Below the pieces are notes generated by a model. It saw only the letters and a program-made list of their open reading frames with translations, was not told the origin of the DNA and made no database searches. Of a DNA stretch of 64,000 nucleotides, positions 27,001-35,919 are shown one piece after another. The stretch is from Minisyncoccota bacterium. GTDB lineage: Bacteria; Patescibacteriota; Minisyncoccia; Phycocordibacterales; Phycocordibacteraceae. The first letter of the stretch is position 1. Each line of letters starts with the position of its first letter. Position numbers and translations under genes: made by a program. Location of the stretch: positions 1,821-65,820 of the forward strand of contig DATKSU010000006.1 of NCBI GenBank assembly GCA_035531495.1, in the 5' to 3' direction.

Positions 27001-27280
27001 GCTCGCGAAGCTCAAGGAAGAACCGCAGCCAGGCCTCTCGGTCATCATGCCGGCTCTCGTGAGCGACGTCCGGACTATCCTCACCAAGAGCGGCGAGAAG
27101 ATGGCCTTCCTGAAGCTCGAGGACAAGACCGGCTCGCTCGAAGCCGTCGTGTTCCCGAAGCTCTTCAAGAAGCACAATGGCGCCCTCGCGCCCGGCGCCT
27201 GCATCATCGCCAAGGGCAAAGTCACAGTGAGGAACGGCGAGCCCTCGATCGCCATCGACGACCTGAAGCTCCTCGGTTAG
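24083..27280 (+). CDS. dnaE: DNA polymerase III alpha subunit
   Basis: PHP domain start MASRFIHLHTHSHYSFLQA, polymerase core motifs (LLKFDFLGIKNL, GYSWLEADALRKAMGKK) and an OB fold at the C-terminus. TATACT sits 8 nt upstream of the ATG. Confidence 0.95.
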   Translation: MASRFIHLHTHSHYSFLQALPKVDELVEKTKAEGMDALALTDAGNMHGAIEFYKAAMKAGVKPILGVDTYLAPRSRHEKDRVLDAKRSRIVLLAENDAGYKNLLVLVTKSWTEGFFERPRVDKELLREHADGIIAILPSFSGDVAQLLRAGDPDGAAAAAAEFTDIFPADGGASGREPRLFLEVTHHPRVRGHEALMQKIVALSRESATPLVAQHDVYHLEPDDRVATEIMRRIRQGERGRNEEEDFSFISEKMAIAYFKDLPDAIGNTRAIADRCSVEFTLGKWTFPAVPVSPGFANHDEELRAKAYAGITARGLAETPAIIERVEYELKIIIDKGFAVYYLIVADLLAFAKSAGILTTTRGSAGGSLVAYLVGITNVDPLFYKLPFERFLNPERPKAPDIDMDMADNRRDEMIAYAKRTYGDDHVAQIGTFGTMMARAAVRDVARALGHSYTTGDRIAKLIPIGSQGFPMTIEHALELEPDLKAIYDEDEDAHEIIDLARRIEGCVRHVGVHAAGVVVAPTPLVEWTPIQPDPKGTGKLITQYDMYSITDEYGGVGLLKFDFLGIKNLSILADAVARVAATRGIAVDIENVPLDDAKTFAMLAKGDTEGVFQLNGSGMTRWLKELKPSTIHDINAMVALYRPGPMETIPGYIERKRNPRMIRFEDERMKEYLDASYGLLVYQDDVLLTAITLAGYSWLEADALRKAMGKKIPEEMAAQKEKLMKGFMEHGKLSREKSERLWKLIEPFAAYGFNKAHAASYGKVAYQTAYMKANYPVEYLAALLTADSGDTDRIAVLVAEAKRMGIPVLPPDANESSSDFTVVGEKKDAIRFGLSSIKNFGEGVAGAILAEREAHGPFASLANFLSRVGSKNLNRKSLEALIKCGALDSLGDRSALLGGIETLLEFHREATAEAPQDSLFGALMAPPPLELAPGAPISLTDKLAWEKELLGIYVSGHPLDAHPATMAKVKVSLAKLKEEPQPGLSVIMPALVSDVRTILTKSGEKMAFLKLEDKTGSLEAVVFPKLFKKHNGALAPGACIIAKGKVTVRNGEPSIAIDDLKLLG

Positions 27281-27301
27281 GTTTGTGGTATTCTCTGCCC
27301 C

Positions 27302-28531
27302 ATGAGCGATCAGCCGGATAAGGAGCGTGATCACAAGAAGCTCGGACGAGAGCTCGATTTGTTCACGTTCTCTGAATTGGTCGGCGCTGGCCTCCCGCTC
27401 TGGACACCGAAGGGGACGCTGGTTCGACAGGAGCTCGATGCGTTCGTATGGGAGCTTCGTTCGAAGTATGGCTATCAGCGCGTCACCATCCCACATATCA
27501 CGAAACGCAACCTCTATGAGACCTCTGGCCATTGGCAAAAATTCGCCGAAGACCTCTTCAAGGTGACTTCGCGCGATGAGCGCGAATACGCCATCAAGCC
27601 GATGAACTGCCCGCATCACACGCAGATATTCGCGCGCCGGCCGCACTCGTATCGCGAGATGCCTCAGCGCTATGCGGAGACGACGATGGTGTACCGCGAT
27701 GAACAGTCGGGAGAATTGAACGGCCTCACGCGCGTCCTCTCGATAACCCAGGACGACAGCCACGTTTTCTGCCGCACGTCTCAGATCAAGGAAGAGTTCC
27801 TCAAGATTTGGAACATCATCGATACGTTCTACACGCAATTTGGATTTGCCGACCTTAAGGTGCGCCTCTCGTTCCATGATCCGAAGACGCCGGAAAAATA
27901 TCTCGGCACGCCGGAAATCTGGAAGCATGCCGAGGACTCATTGCGGGAAATCGCCCATGAGCGCGGTGCCGCTTCCTTCGAAGCGCCCGGAGAAGCTGCG
28001 CTTTATGGGCCGAAACTCGATTTCATCGCAAGCGACTCCATCGGTCGCCAGCATCAAGTCGCGACTATTCAGCTTGATCTCAACCTTCCCGAACGTTTCG
28101 ACCTTTGCTGCATCAACGAAAAGGGTGAGCGCGAGAGAATCGTCATGATTCATTCGGCAATCATGGGCTCGATTGAACGGTTCACCGCTGTCCTGCTCGA
28201 ACACACCGCGGGCATGCTGCCGCTCTGGCTCGCGCCGGTGCAGGCGCGCGTGCTCTCGGTATCGGAGAAGCAGACGGCCTATGCGCGCGAGGTCTTCGAA
28301 GCACTTAAAACCGCCGGCATCCGCGCCGAGCTCGACGATTCGGATGAATCGCTCGGCAAGAAGATACGGAACGGGAAAGCCGAGAAGATCCCCTACCTGC
28401 TCGTCGTCGGTGATAAGGAGGCCGAGGCGAAGACAGTGACGGCCGAAAGCCGCGACCACGGGAAGCTCGACGCCCTCCCACTCTCCGACTTCATCGCGCG
28501 CGCCCGCGAAGAGATTTCAGTACGAAAATAG
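27302..28531 (+). CDS. thrS: threonyl-tRNA synthetase, short form lacking N-terminal TGS/editing domains
   Basis: Class II catalytic core (NCPHHTQIF, RVLSITQDDSHVFC) and a C-terminal anticodon-binding domain. It is only 409 aa. TATTCT sits 7 nt upstream of the ATG. Confidence 0.85.
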   Translation: MSDQPDKERDHKKLGRELDLFTFSELVGAGLPLWTPKGTLVRQELDAFVWELRSKYGYQRVTIPHITKRNLYETSGHWQKFAEDLFKVTSRDEREYAIKPMNCPHHTQIFARRPHSYREMPQRYAETTMVYRDEQSGELNGLTRVLSITQDDSHVFCRTSQIKEEFLKIWNIIDTFYTQFGFADLKVRLSFHDPKTPEKYLGTPEIWKHAEDSLREIAHERGAASFEAPGEAALYGPKLDFIASDSIGRQHQVATIQLDLNLPERFDLCCINEKGERERIVMIHSAIMGSIERFTAVLLEHTAGMLPLWLAPVQARVLSVSEKQTAYAREVFEALKTAGIRAELDDSDESLGKKIRNGKAEKIPYLLVVGDKEAEAKTVTAESRDHGKLDALPLSDFIARAREEISVRK

Positions 28532-28545
28532 CCGCGAGCGCGTAG

Positions 28546-31500
28546 TTACGCGCCGATGGCTGCGAACGCGCGGGTGAGCGCGAGCTTCGCGCCGGTCACA
28601 CTCGCCGTGTAGCTCGAGTCGATAGCGGTGGTGAGGGAGGAGACGAGCTTCTCGAGGGTCGGCGTGTCGAAGCGCGCCGTCATGCGCACGACGTCGGGGT
28701 CGCACGGCGTGCCCTCGATGCGGGCGCGGTAGGCGTCGTCGAGCATGCAAACGGCATCCGTGAGCATCTTCTCCGGGGATTCCCCGCCGCGCGCTTGCTG
28801 GCGGATAGCCGCGAAGACCGCGCTCCGGTCGCCCTCGATGAGCGCCGCGAGGAAGCCGCGCACGTGCGCCGGCGGCAACGCCGCGCCGGCGGCGGCAGGG
28901 ACCGCTTCGAACGACTCGACGTGTTCGAACACGGGTTCGACGTGCTCATAGACCGGCTCCGTCTGCGGCGCGGGCGCCGGGCGCTCCGCGCGGCGAGCTG
29001 CCGACGGCTCGCGCTCGCGCGTGAGGCCCTTTACAATGTCGTCGACGGAGAGCGCGCCGGTGGCGTGACTGAACGACTTGAACCCTTCGAAGGGCGAATA
29101 GCCGCGCGGTGCGTCGACGGGCGCCTCGGCATGCAGCGCGGCAGGCGCGGGCTGTGGCGCCAGCTCATGCGCCGGCTCCTGTTCGGCGTTCAGAGCATCC
29201 GAAAGGCGCAGACCGAACGAGTGTCCGGAGCGGACGACGAACGGCACCGCGCTGAAGAGCACGAAGTATGCGAGAGCGAGCGAAAGGCCTATGAGGACGA
29301 GCCAGTACACTGTCGTTCCGACCGGACCGAGGTCGAGGCCGGTGTACGGAATCTGCGAAAGGTAGAGGTACGCGAGCGGCGCCGTGCTCACGTGCGGGAG
29401 CGCCGCGAGCGTGATGGTCGGAGGAGGCGTTCCGCCGCCTCCGCCTCCACCACCACCGCCTCCGCCGCCTCCGCCGCCTCCGCTCGTGACGTCGAGAGTC
29501 GCCGTGCAGATGAGGGTTTGGCCGGTATCCGTGTGGAACGTGCCCGTGTACGTATGGCTGCCGATGCTCGTCGGGGATACGCTCGCCGAGCCTGAGACCG
29601 CCGTCGTCGTGCCGACGCCGTTATCGATGAAAACTCCCGTGATGCCGAGGCCGCCCCAACTCAAGGTCGCCGCATTGCCGGAGACGACGCTCGTCGGGCT
29701 GACAGCGAGCGTGCAGGACGGACCGCCGCCTCCCCCGCCGCCGCCGACCGTGACGCTTGCGGTGCAGGTGCCGACCCTACCCATCGGGCTCACGACCGTC
29801 CCAGTGAAGACGGTGTCGGCCGTGATGGCCTTCGAGGTCGTCGTCCCGCTTACAGCTGGCGCGACGCTGCCGATGCCCTGGTCGATGGAGAACGTATCGG
29901 CATCGGTCGTCGCCCAGGCGAGGATCGTGGTGTCGCCCGTCGTGACTGACGCGGGCGTCGCCGTGAGCGTGCAGGTCGGCGTCGCGGGCGGCGGCGTCGA
30001 GACGGTGATGGTCACCGCACAGTGGGCCGTACCGCCGGCGCCGATAGCCGTTGCCGTATACGTCGTCGTCGTGATCGGCGAGACGGATGTAGAGCCGCTC
30101 GCGACCGGGGTCGACGTCCCGACGCCGTTATCGATCGTGAAGGACGTCGCGTTCGCCGACGTCCACGAGAGCGTCGCCGAACTGCCGCTCGTGATGGATG
30201 CGGGATTCGCGGAAAGCGTGCAGGAGACGGCAGGAGGAGGAGACGTCGTCACCTTGACCTTCGCCGTGCAGTGAACCGTGCCGCCGGAACCGGTCGCCGT
30301 GCCGGTATACGTCGTGGTCACGATCGGCGATGTCGTCGCCGAGCCGCTCGCAACGGGCGTCACGGAGCCGACGCCGTTATCTATGGAAAAGGAAGCGGCG
30401 TTCGAGGTCGTCCAGGAGAGCGTCGCGGTATCACCGGGTGCGATGGACGACGGGCTTGCCGAAAGCGAGCACATGGGTGCCGCGGGCGGGGGCGGCGATA
30501 TCACCTGCTGGTTCTTGAAGACGACAGCTGCGCAGACAGGACCGACCGGCACGTCGACCTTCCCGTCCGCCGGCGTGACGGACAGGAGCTTCCAGGTGCT
30601 CCCGGCCGGCACTTCGGTGACCTGATGCATGCCGACGGAGACTCCACTGAACGATGCGTTGCCATTCGCGTCATTCTGCGTCGTCAGTCCGCCATCAAGC
30701 GTGAAGGTGAATTGCGCAACCGGCTTCAGTTCGTTGCCGTTCGGATCGAAGGTCTCTTTCAGTATAGAGATGCAGCCTTTCGCGGGCGGGGGCGTCGTGA
30801 CGATCACTTTCGCCGTGCAGTGAACCGTGCCGCCGGAACCCGTCGCCGTGCCGGTATACGTCGTCGTCGCGGTCGGGGAAACCGAGGTCGAGCCGCTCGC
30901 AACGGGCGTCACGGAGCCGACGCCGTTATCTATGGAAAAGGAAGCGGCATTCGAGGTCGTCCAGGAGAGCGTCGCGGAACCGCCGTTCTGGATGGACGGA
31001 GGGCTTGCCGAAAGCGAGCACGTGGGTGCCGCGGGCGGCGGGGGCGTCGTGACGGTCACGGTCGTCGTACAGTGCACGGTCTTGCCGTCCGACCCCGTCG
31101 CCGTACCCGTATACGTCGTCGTCACGGCCGGCGAGACCGTCACCGAGCCGCCGGACGCGGGCGAGACGGAACCGACGCCGTTATTGATGGAGAAGGACGC
31201 CGCGTTCTTCACGGACCAGGTAAGCGTCGTCGAGTCGCCCTTCGCGATGGATGCCGGACTCGCGGAGAGTGTGCAGGAGCACGGGCCGGGCGGCGGGGAC
31301 GTCGTGACAGTGATTGTAATCGAGCAGTGGGCCGTCGCCGTCGCGCTCGAGACCGTACCGGTGTACGTCGTCGTCACAGCTGGCGAGACCGTGACAGAAC
31401 CGTGCGCGACCGGCGTCACGGGACCGATACCGTTGTCGATTGTGAACGACGTCGCGTTCGCCGTCGCCCACGAGATGACGGTCACGGAACCGCCGTTGAT

Positions 31501-31716
31501 GCTCGTCGCGCTCGCGGAGAGCGAGCACGAGGCCGCGGCGTAGGATGAACTCAAGGAGCCGCCGGTCAGGTCGTGCGCGAACACCTGCGCCGGGGTAATC
31601 GCACCGGTCGCCAGTGCGACGACAGCGCCAAGAAGAAGCGTCGCGGATATTGCAAGGACGCCGATGAGCATCGGACGGCGGATCGTATGGGAAATGAGGT
31701 CGTGGTCGGTATGCAT
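28546..31716 (-). CDS. giant cell-surface protein (~1056 aa from M28; track ORF 1083 aa): signal/TM, at least 8 tandem Ig-like repeats, poly-Gly linkers, IPYTG motif, TM segment, ~250-aa cytoplasmic tail
   Basis: Repeats of the form CSLSASP..I..G..ATLSWTTSNAASFSIDNGVGSVTPVASGS..SP..TTTYTGTATGSGGTVHC, runs of GGGGGGGG and G17, and LSQIPYTGLDLG followed by the hydrophobic VYWLVLIGLSLALAYFVLFSAV. The sortase gene is adjacent. Confidence 0.8.
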   Translation of the reverse strand: MHTDHDLISHTIRRPMLIGVLAISATLLLGAVVALATGAITPAQVFAHDLTGGSLSSSYAAASCSLSASATSINGGSVTVISWATANATSFTIDNGIGPVTPVAHGSVTVSPAVTTTYTGTVSSATATAHCSITITVTTSPPPGPCSCTLSASPASIAKGDSTTLTWSVKNAASFSINNGVGSVSPASGGSVTVSPAVTTTYTGTATGSDGKTVHCTTTVTVTTPPPPAAPTCSLSASPPSIQNGGSATLSWTTSNAASFSIDNGVGSVTPVASGSTSVSPTATTTYTGTATGSGGTVHCTAKVIVTTPPPAKGCISILKETFDPNGNELKPVAQFTFTLDGGLTTQNDANGNASFSGVSVGMHQVTEVPAGSTWKLLSVTPADGKVDVPVGPVCAAVVFKNQQVISPPPPAAPMCSLSASPSSIAPGDTATLSWTTSNAASFSIDNGVGSVTPVASGSATTSPIVTTTYTGTATGSGGTVHCTAKVKVTTSPPPAVSCTLSANPASITSGSSATLSWTSANATSFTIDNGVGTSTPVASGSTSVSPITTTTYTATAIGAGGTAHCAVTITVSTPPPATPTCTLTATPASVTTGDTTILAWATTDADTFSIDQGIGSVAPAVSGTTTSKAITADTVFTGTVVSPMGRVGTCTASVTVGGGGGGGGPSCTLAVSPTSVVSGNAATLSWGGLGITGVFIDNGVGTTTAVSGSASVSPTSIGSHTYTGTFHTDTGQTLICTATLDVTSGGGGGGGGGGGGGGGGGTPPPTITLAALPHVSTAPLAYLYLSQIPYTGLDLGPVGTTVYWLVLIGLSLALAYFVLFSAVPFVVRSGHSFGLRLSDALNAEQEPAHELAPQPAPAALHAEAPVDAPRGYSPFEGFKSFSHATGALSVDDIVKGLTREREPSAARRAERPAPAPQTEPVYEHVEPVFEHVESFEAVPAAAGAALPPAHVRGFLAALIEGDRSAVFAAIRQQARGGESPEKMLTDAVCMLDDAYRARIEGTPCDPDVVRMTARFDTPTLEKLVSSLTTAIDSSYTASVTGAKLALTRAFAAIGA
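29700..31560. repeat. near-identical tandem DNA repeats (~270-280 bp unit) encoding the Ig-like domains
   Basis: Stretches such as 30255-30440 and 30800-30985 are almost identical at the nucleotide level. Confidence 0.7.
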
Positions 31717-31796
31717 GTGATTACGCCCTGAAACGGCAGCCGGCCTTCGGCTGCGCAGATGCCCTGCCCCCTTGCGGAGAGCCATCCGACTCCACA

Positions 31797-32474
31797 CTAC
31801 CCGGGAATCGGATGACTTTCAACAAAGTCGGCGACAACGACGAAACGGTCGGATTTCGAGGCGAACGAGTCACAGGTCGAGAGGGTGAGGACGCGACCTG
31901 TGACCGACAGCGGAATAGCGGCATCGTTCGCACTCTCCTTCGTCATGCTCACGACCGCATAGACGTACGCCATGTCAGCGGAGTCCACCTCAATGGAGTC
32001 GCCGCTCTCGAGCTTCTGGATGCCGTCGAAGGTCTTATAGGCCTGGTTCAGCACGATCGGCAGATAGCTCGAGTGGCCGAAGAGGACGACGTTGCCCGGC
32101 TCCCCGAGCTCCGCGGAGGTCGGGTAGCGCACGGCGCCTTTGAGGAGCAGCTGGTCGAGCGCATCGATATTCGTCGTGTCCGGATTCGCGATGGCCGCCG
32201 AGAGCGCGATTGACGGGATTGATATCTTTACCGGGAACTCGGCGCCCGCTGCGGGCGCGGGCGCCCTCGTGCCCGCTGCGACGAGGACGTCCGACGAGAG
32301 CGCCACCGCCGGCGCGGCCGGCGCGGCCGGATCCGGCAGGAGGTCGAGCCGCGCGAGGACGGCGACGCCCGCGCCGAAGACGAATACGGAAATGACGAGG
32401 AAGCTCCACTTCCTCCCATAGGCCCGCTTCCCGGCCCGGATGAGCCGCGCGACGATGCGAATGACGCTTACCAT
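31797..32474 (-). CDS. sortase family transpeptidase
   Basis: N-terminal TM anchor, catalytic His in VVLFGHSS and the TLSTCD Cys motif characteristic of sortases. Confidence 0.75.
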   Translation of the reverse strand: MVSVIRIVARLIRAGKRAYGRKWSFLVISVFVFGAGVAVLARLDLLPDPAAPAAPAVALSSDVLVAAGTRAPAPAAGAEFPVKISIPSIALSAAIANPDTTNIDALDQLLLKGAVRYPTSAELGEPGNVVLFGHSSYLPIVLNQAYKTFDGIQKLESGDSIEVDSADMAYVYAVVSMTKESANDAAIPLSVTGRVLTLSTCDSFASKSDRFVVVADFVESHPIPG

Positions 32475-32502
32475 GATTGTCTCGCCCATACATACGCCGA
32501 GT

Positions 32503-32519
32503 TGTCAATTATGTCAATC
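32503..32519. promoter_or_regulatory. tandem TGTCAAT direct repeat (operator-like) in the divergent sortase/CARDB intergenic region
   Basis: TTGTCAATTATGTCAATCG lies immediately upstream of the CARDB promoter. Confidence 0.3.
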
Positions 32520-32528
32520 GAGGCGGAT

Positions 32529-32557
32529 TTGACACGCCCCGAGGATAGTGGTATCTA
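32529..32557 (+). promoter_or_regulatory. sigma70-like promoter TTGACA-N17-TATCTA for the CARDB gene
   Basis: Consensus -35 hexamer, a 17-nt spacer and a -10 box 11 nt upstream of the ATG at 32569. Confidence 0.5.
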
Positions 32558-32568
32558 GAACCCGTCCT

Positions 32569-33333
32569 ATGCGCATCTTCAATACCGTCTCTCCGGGCCG
32601 CCAGGCAGCCGTGAATTCCCTCGCGGCGGTCGGCTTCGTCGCGCTCGTCGCGGGCGGAATGTGGCTCGCGGTCTATTCCGCGCGCTACGTCCCGACCGCC
32701 ATCGGCAACCTCGGCACGGCCGCGGTGTCGCTCTCGAGCATCTTCGCGTCGAGGGGTGCTCCGGCGGGCCTCTCGGTCGTACCGGCCGCGACGACGACGC
32801 TTCCCTTCTCGAGCGCGAGCTCGACGATGGTGTCGACGGCGGAGCCCGCGCCCGTAAAGACCGCATCGCCTGCCCCCTCGCCGACGCCGGCGACCGGCAA
32901 GGAAACGACGCGCACCATCCAGGTCGGCGGCGCGACGACGCCCGCGCTCTATGGCCTCCCTGACTTCACCGTCACCATCGACGCGACGGGCTACCTCGCG
33001 ACGACCTCCGCGACCTCCTTCGTCGCGACGTCGACCGTCCCGGCCGGCAGCCGCCCGGCGGTCAAGTTCACCATCAAGAACATCGGTACGAACGCGACCG
33101 GCCCCTGGCGCTTCAGTGCGTCCATCCCGACGCAGACCGCGTATATCTACCAGTCCCTGCCGCAACAGTCGCTTAATCCGGGCGATAGCATCGAGTACAC
33201 GCTCGGCTTCACCGAGGCGAACTCGGGCGCGAACCAGACCGTCTCCATCACCGCGAACTTCGACCATGCGGTTGCGGAATCGAACGCGAACAACGACAGC
33301 GCGTCCGCGCAGCTGACCATCCTCGGACGGTAA
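32569..33333 (+). CDS. secreted CARDB-like (cell-adhesion-related) domain protein
   Basis: N-terminal hydrophobic signal or anchor, a Thr/Pro/Ala-rich linker, and a C-terminal beta-rich domain with a NPGDS motif and NANNDSAS. Confidence 0.6.
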   Translation: MRIFNTVSPGRQAAVNSLAAVGFVALVAGGMWLAVYSARYVPTAIGNLGTAAVSLSSIFASRGAPAGLSVVPAATTTLPFSSASSTMVSTAEPAPVKTASPAPSPTPATGKETTRTIQVGGATTPALYGLPDFTVTIDATGYLATTSATSFVATSTVPAGSRPAVKFTIKNIGTNATGPWRFSASIPTQTAYIYQSLPQQSLNPGDSIEYTLGFTEANSGANQTVSITANFDHAVAESNANNDSASAQLTILGR

Positions 33334-33358
33334 TCCCGCTCCCCGCGTTTCCGCGAAT

Positions 33359-33385
33359 GAAGAGACCGCCCTCGAGGCGGTCTTC
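33359..33385. terminator. bidirectional hairpin between convergent CARDB gene and gyrB
   Basis: GAAGAGACCGCC-CUCGA-GGCGGUCUUC stem-loop in the 77-nt convergent gap. Confidence 0.45.
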
Positions 33386-33410
33386 GCATTCCGGCTGCGC
33401 AGGCTCGGCT

Positions 33411-35504
<2,094 letters not shown>

Positions 35505-35569
35505 ACAATCAGCGGTATTTCGTGCCTTTAGTATAGCACGAAGCGCTCGATTTTGCCTCCCTGGAGGCG

Positions 35570-35917
35570 CTACCGGACTCGGGTGATAGTGACCCCCGGG
35601 ATGGCATCCGGCCAGACCGCGTTCTTCTTGATGGAAACCGTGACTTCCTCGGCGCGCGCATCAGCGAGAGCGCCGCGGGCGATGTCCTCGGCAAGCGCCT
35701 CGACGAGGTAGTACTTCGTGCGCGCGAAGGCGTCGGTCACGCACTTTTTCAGGAAATCGAAGTCGATCGTGTCCGGCAGGTCGTCCGACGACGCGGCAGC
35801 GCGCAGGTCGCAGCGCACCTTGAGCGACACCTCGAACTCCTGCTCGATGCGCCGCTCGCGCGCATTATGCCCGTGCGTGCCGCGAATCTTGAAGGCGTCG
35901 AGCGTAACGTAATCCAT
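35570..35917 (-). CDS. folB: dihydroneopterin aldolase family protein
   Basis: 115-aa FolB-like sequence with RGTHGHNARER...EFEVSL...DTIDF. Confidence 0.6.
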   Translation of the reverse strand: MDYVTLDAFKIRGTHGHNARERRIEQEFEVSLKVRCDLRAAASSDDLPDTIDFDFLKKCVTDAFARTKYYLVEALAEDIARGALADARAEEVTVSIKKNAVWPDAIPGVTITRVR

Positions 35918-35919
35918 GA

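Noticed and set aside
29400-29480. Poly-G/C tracts and tandem repeats as a possible CRISPR array or mobile element
   Set aside because: The repeats are in-frame coding repeats (Gly linkers and Ig modules) without spacers, cas genes, transposase or integrase genes, or inverted terminal repeats.
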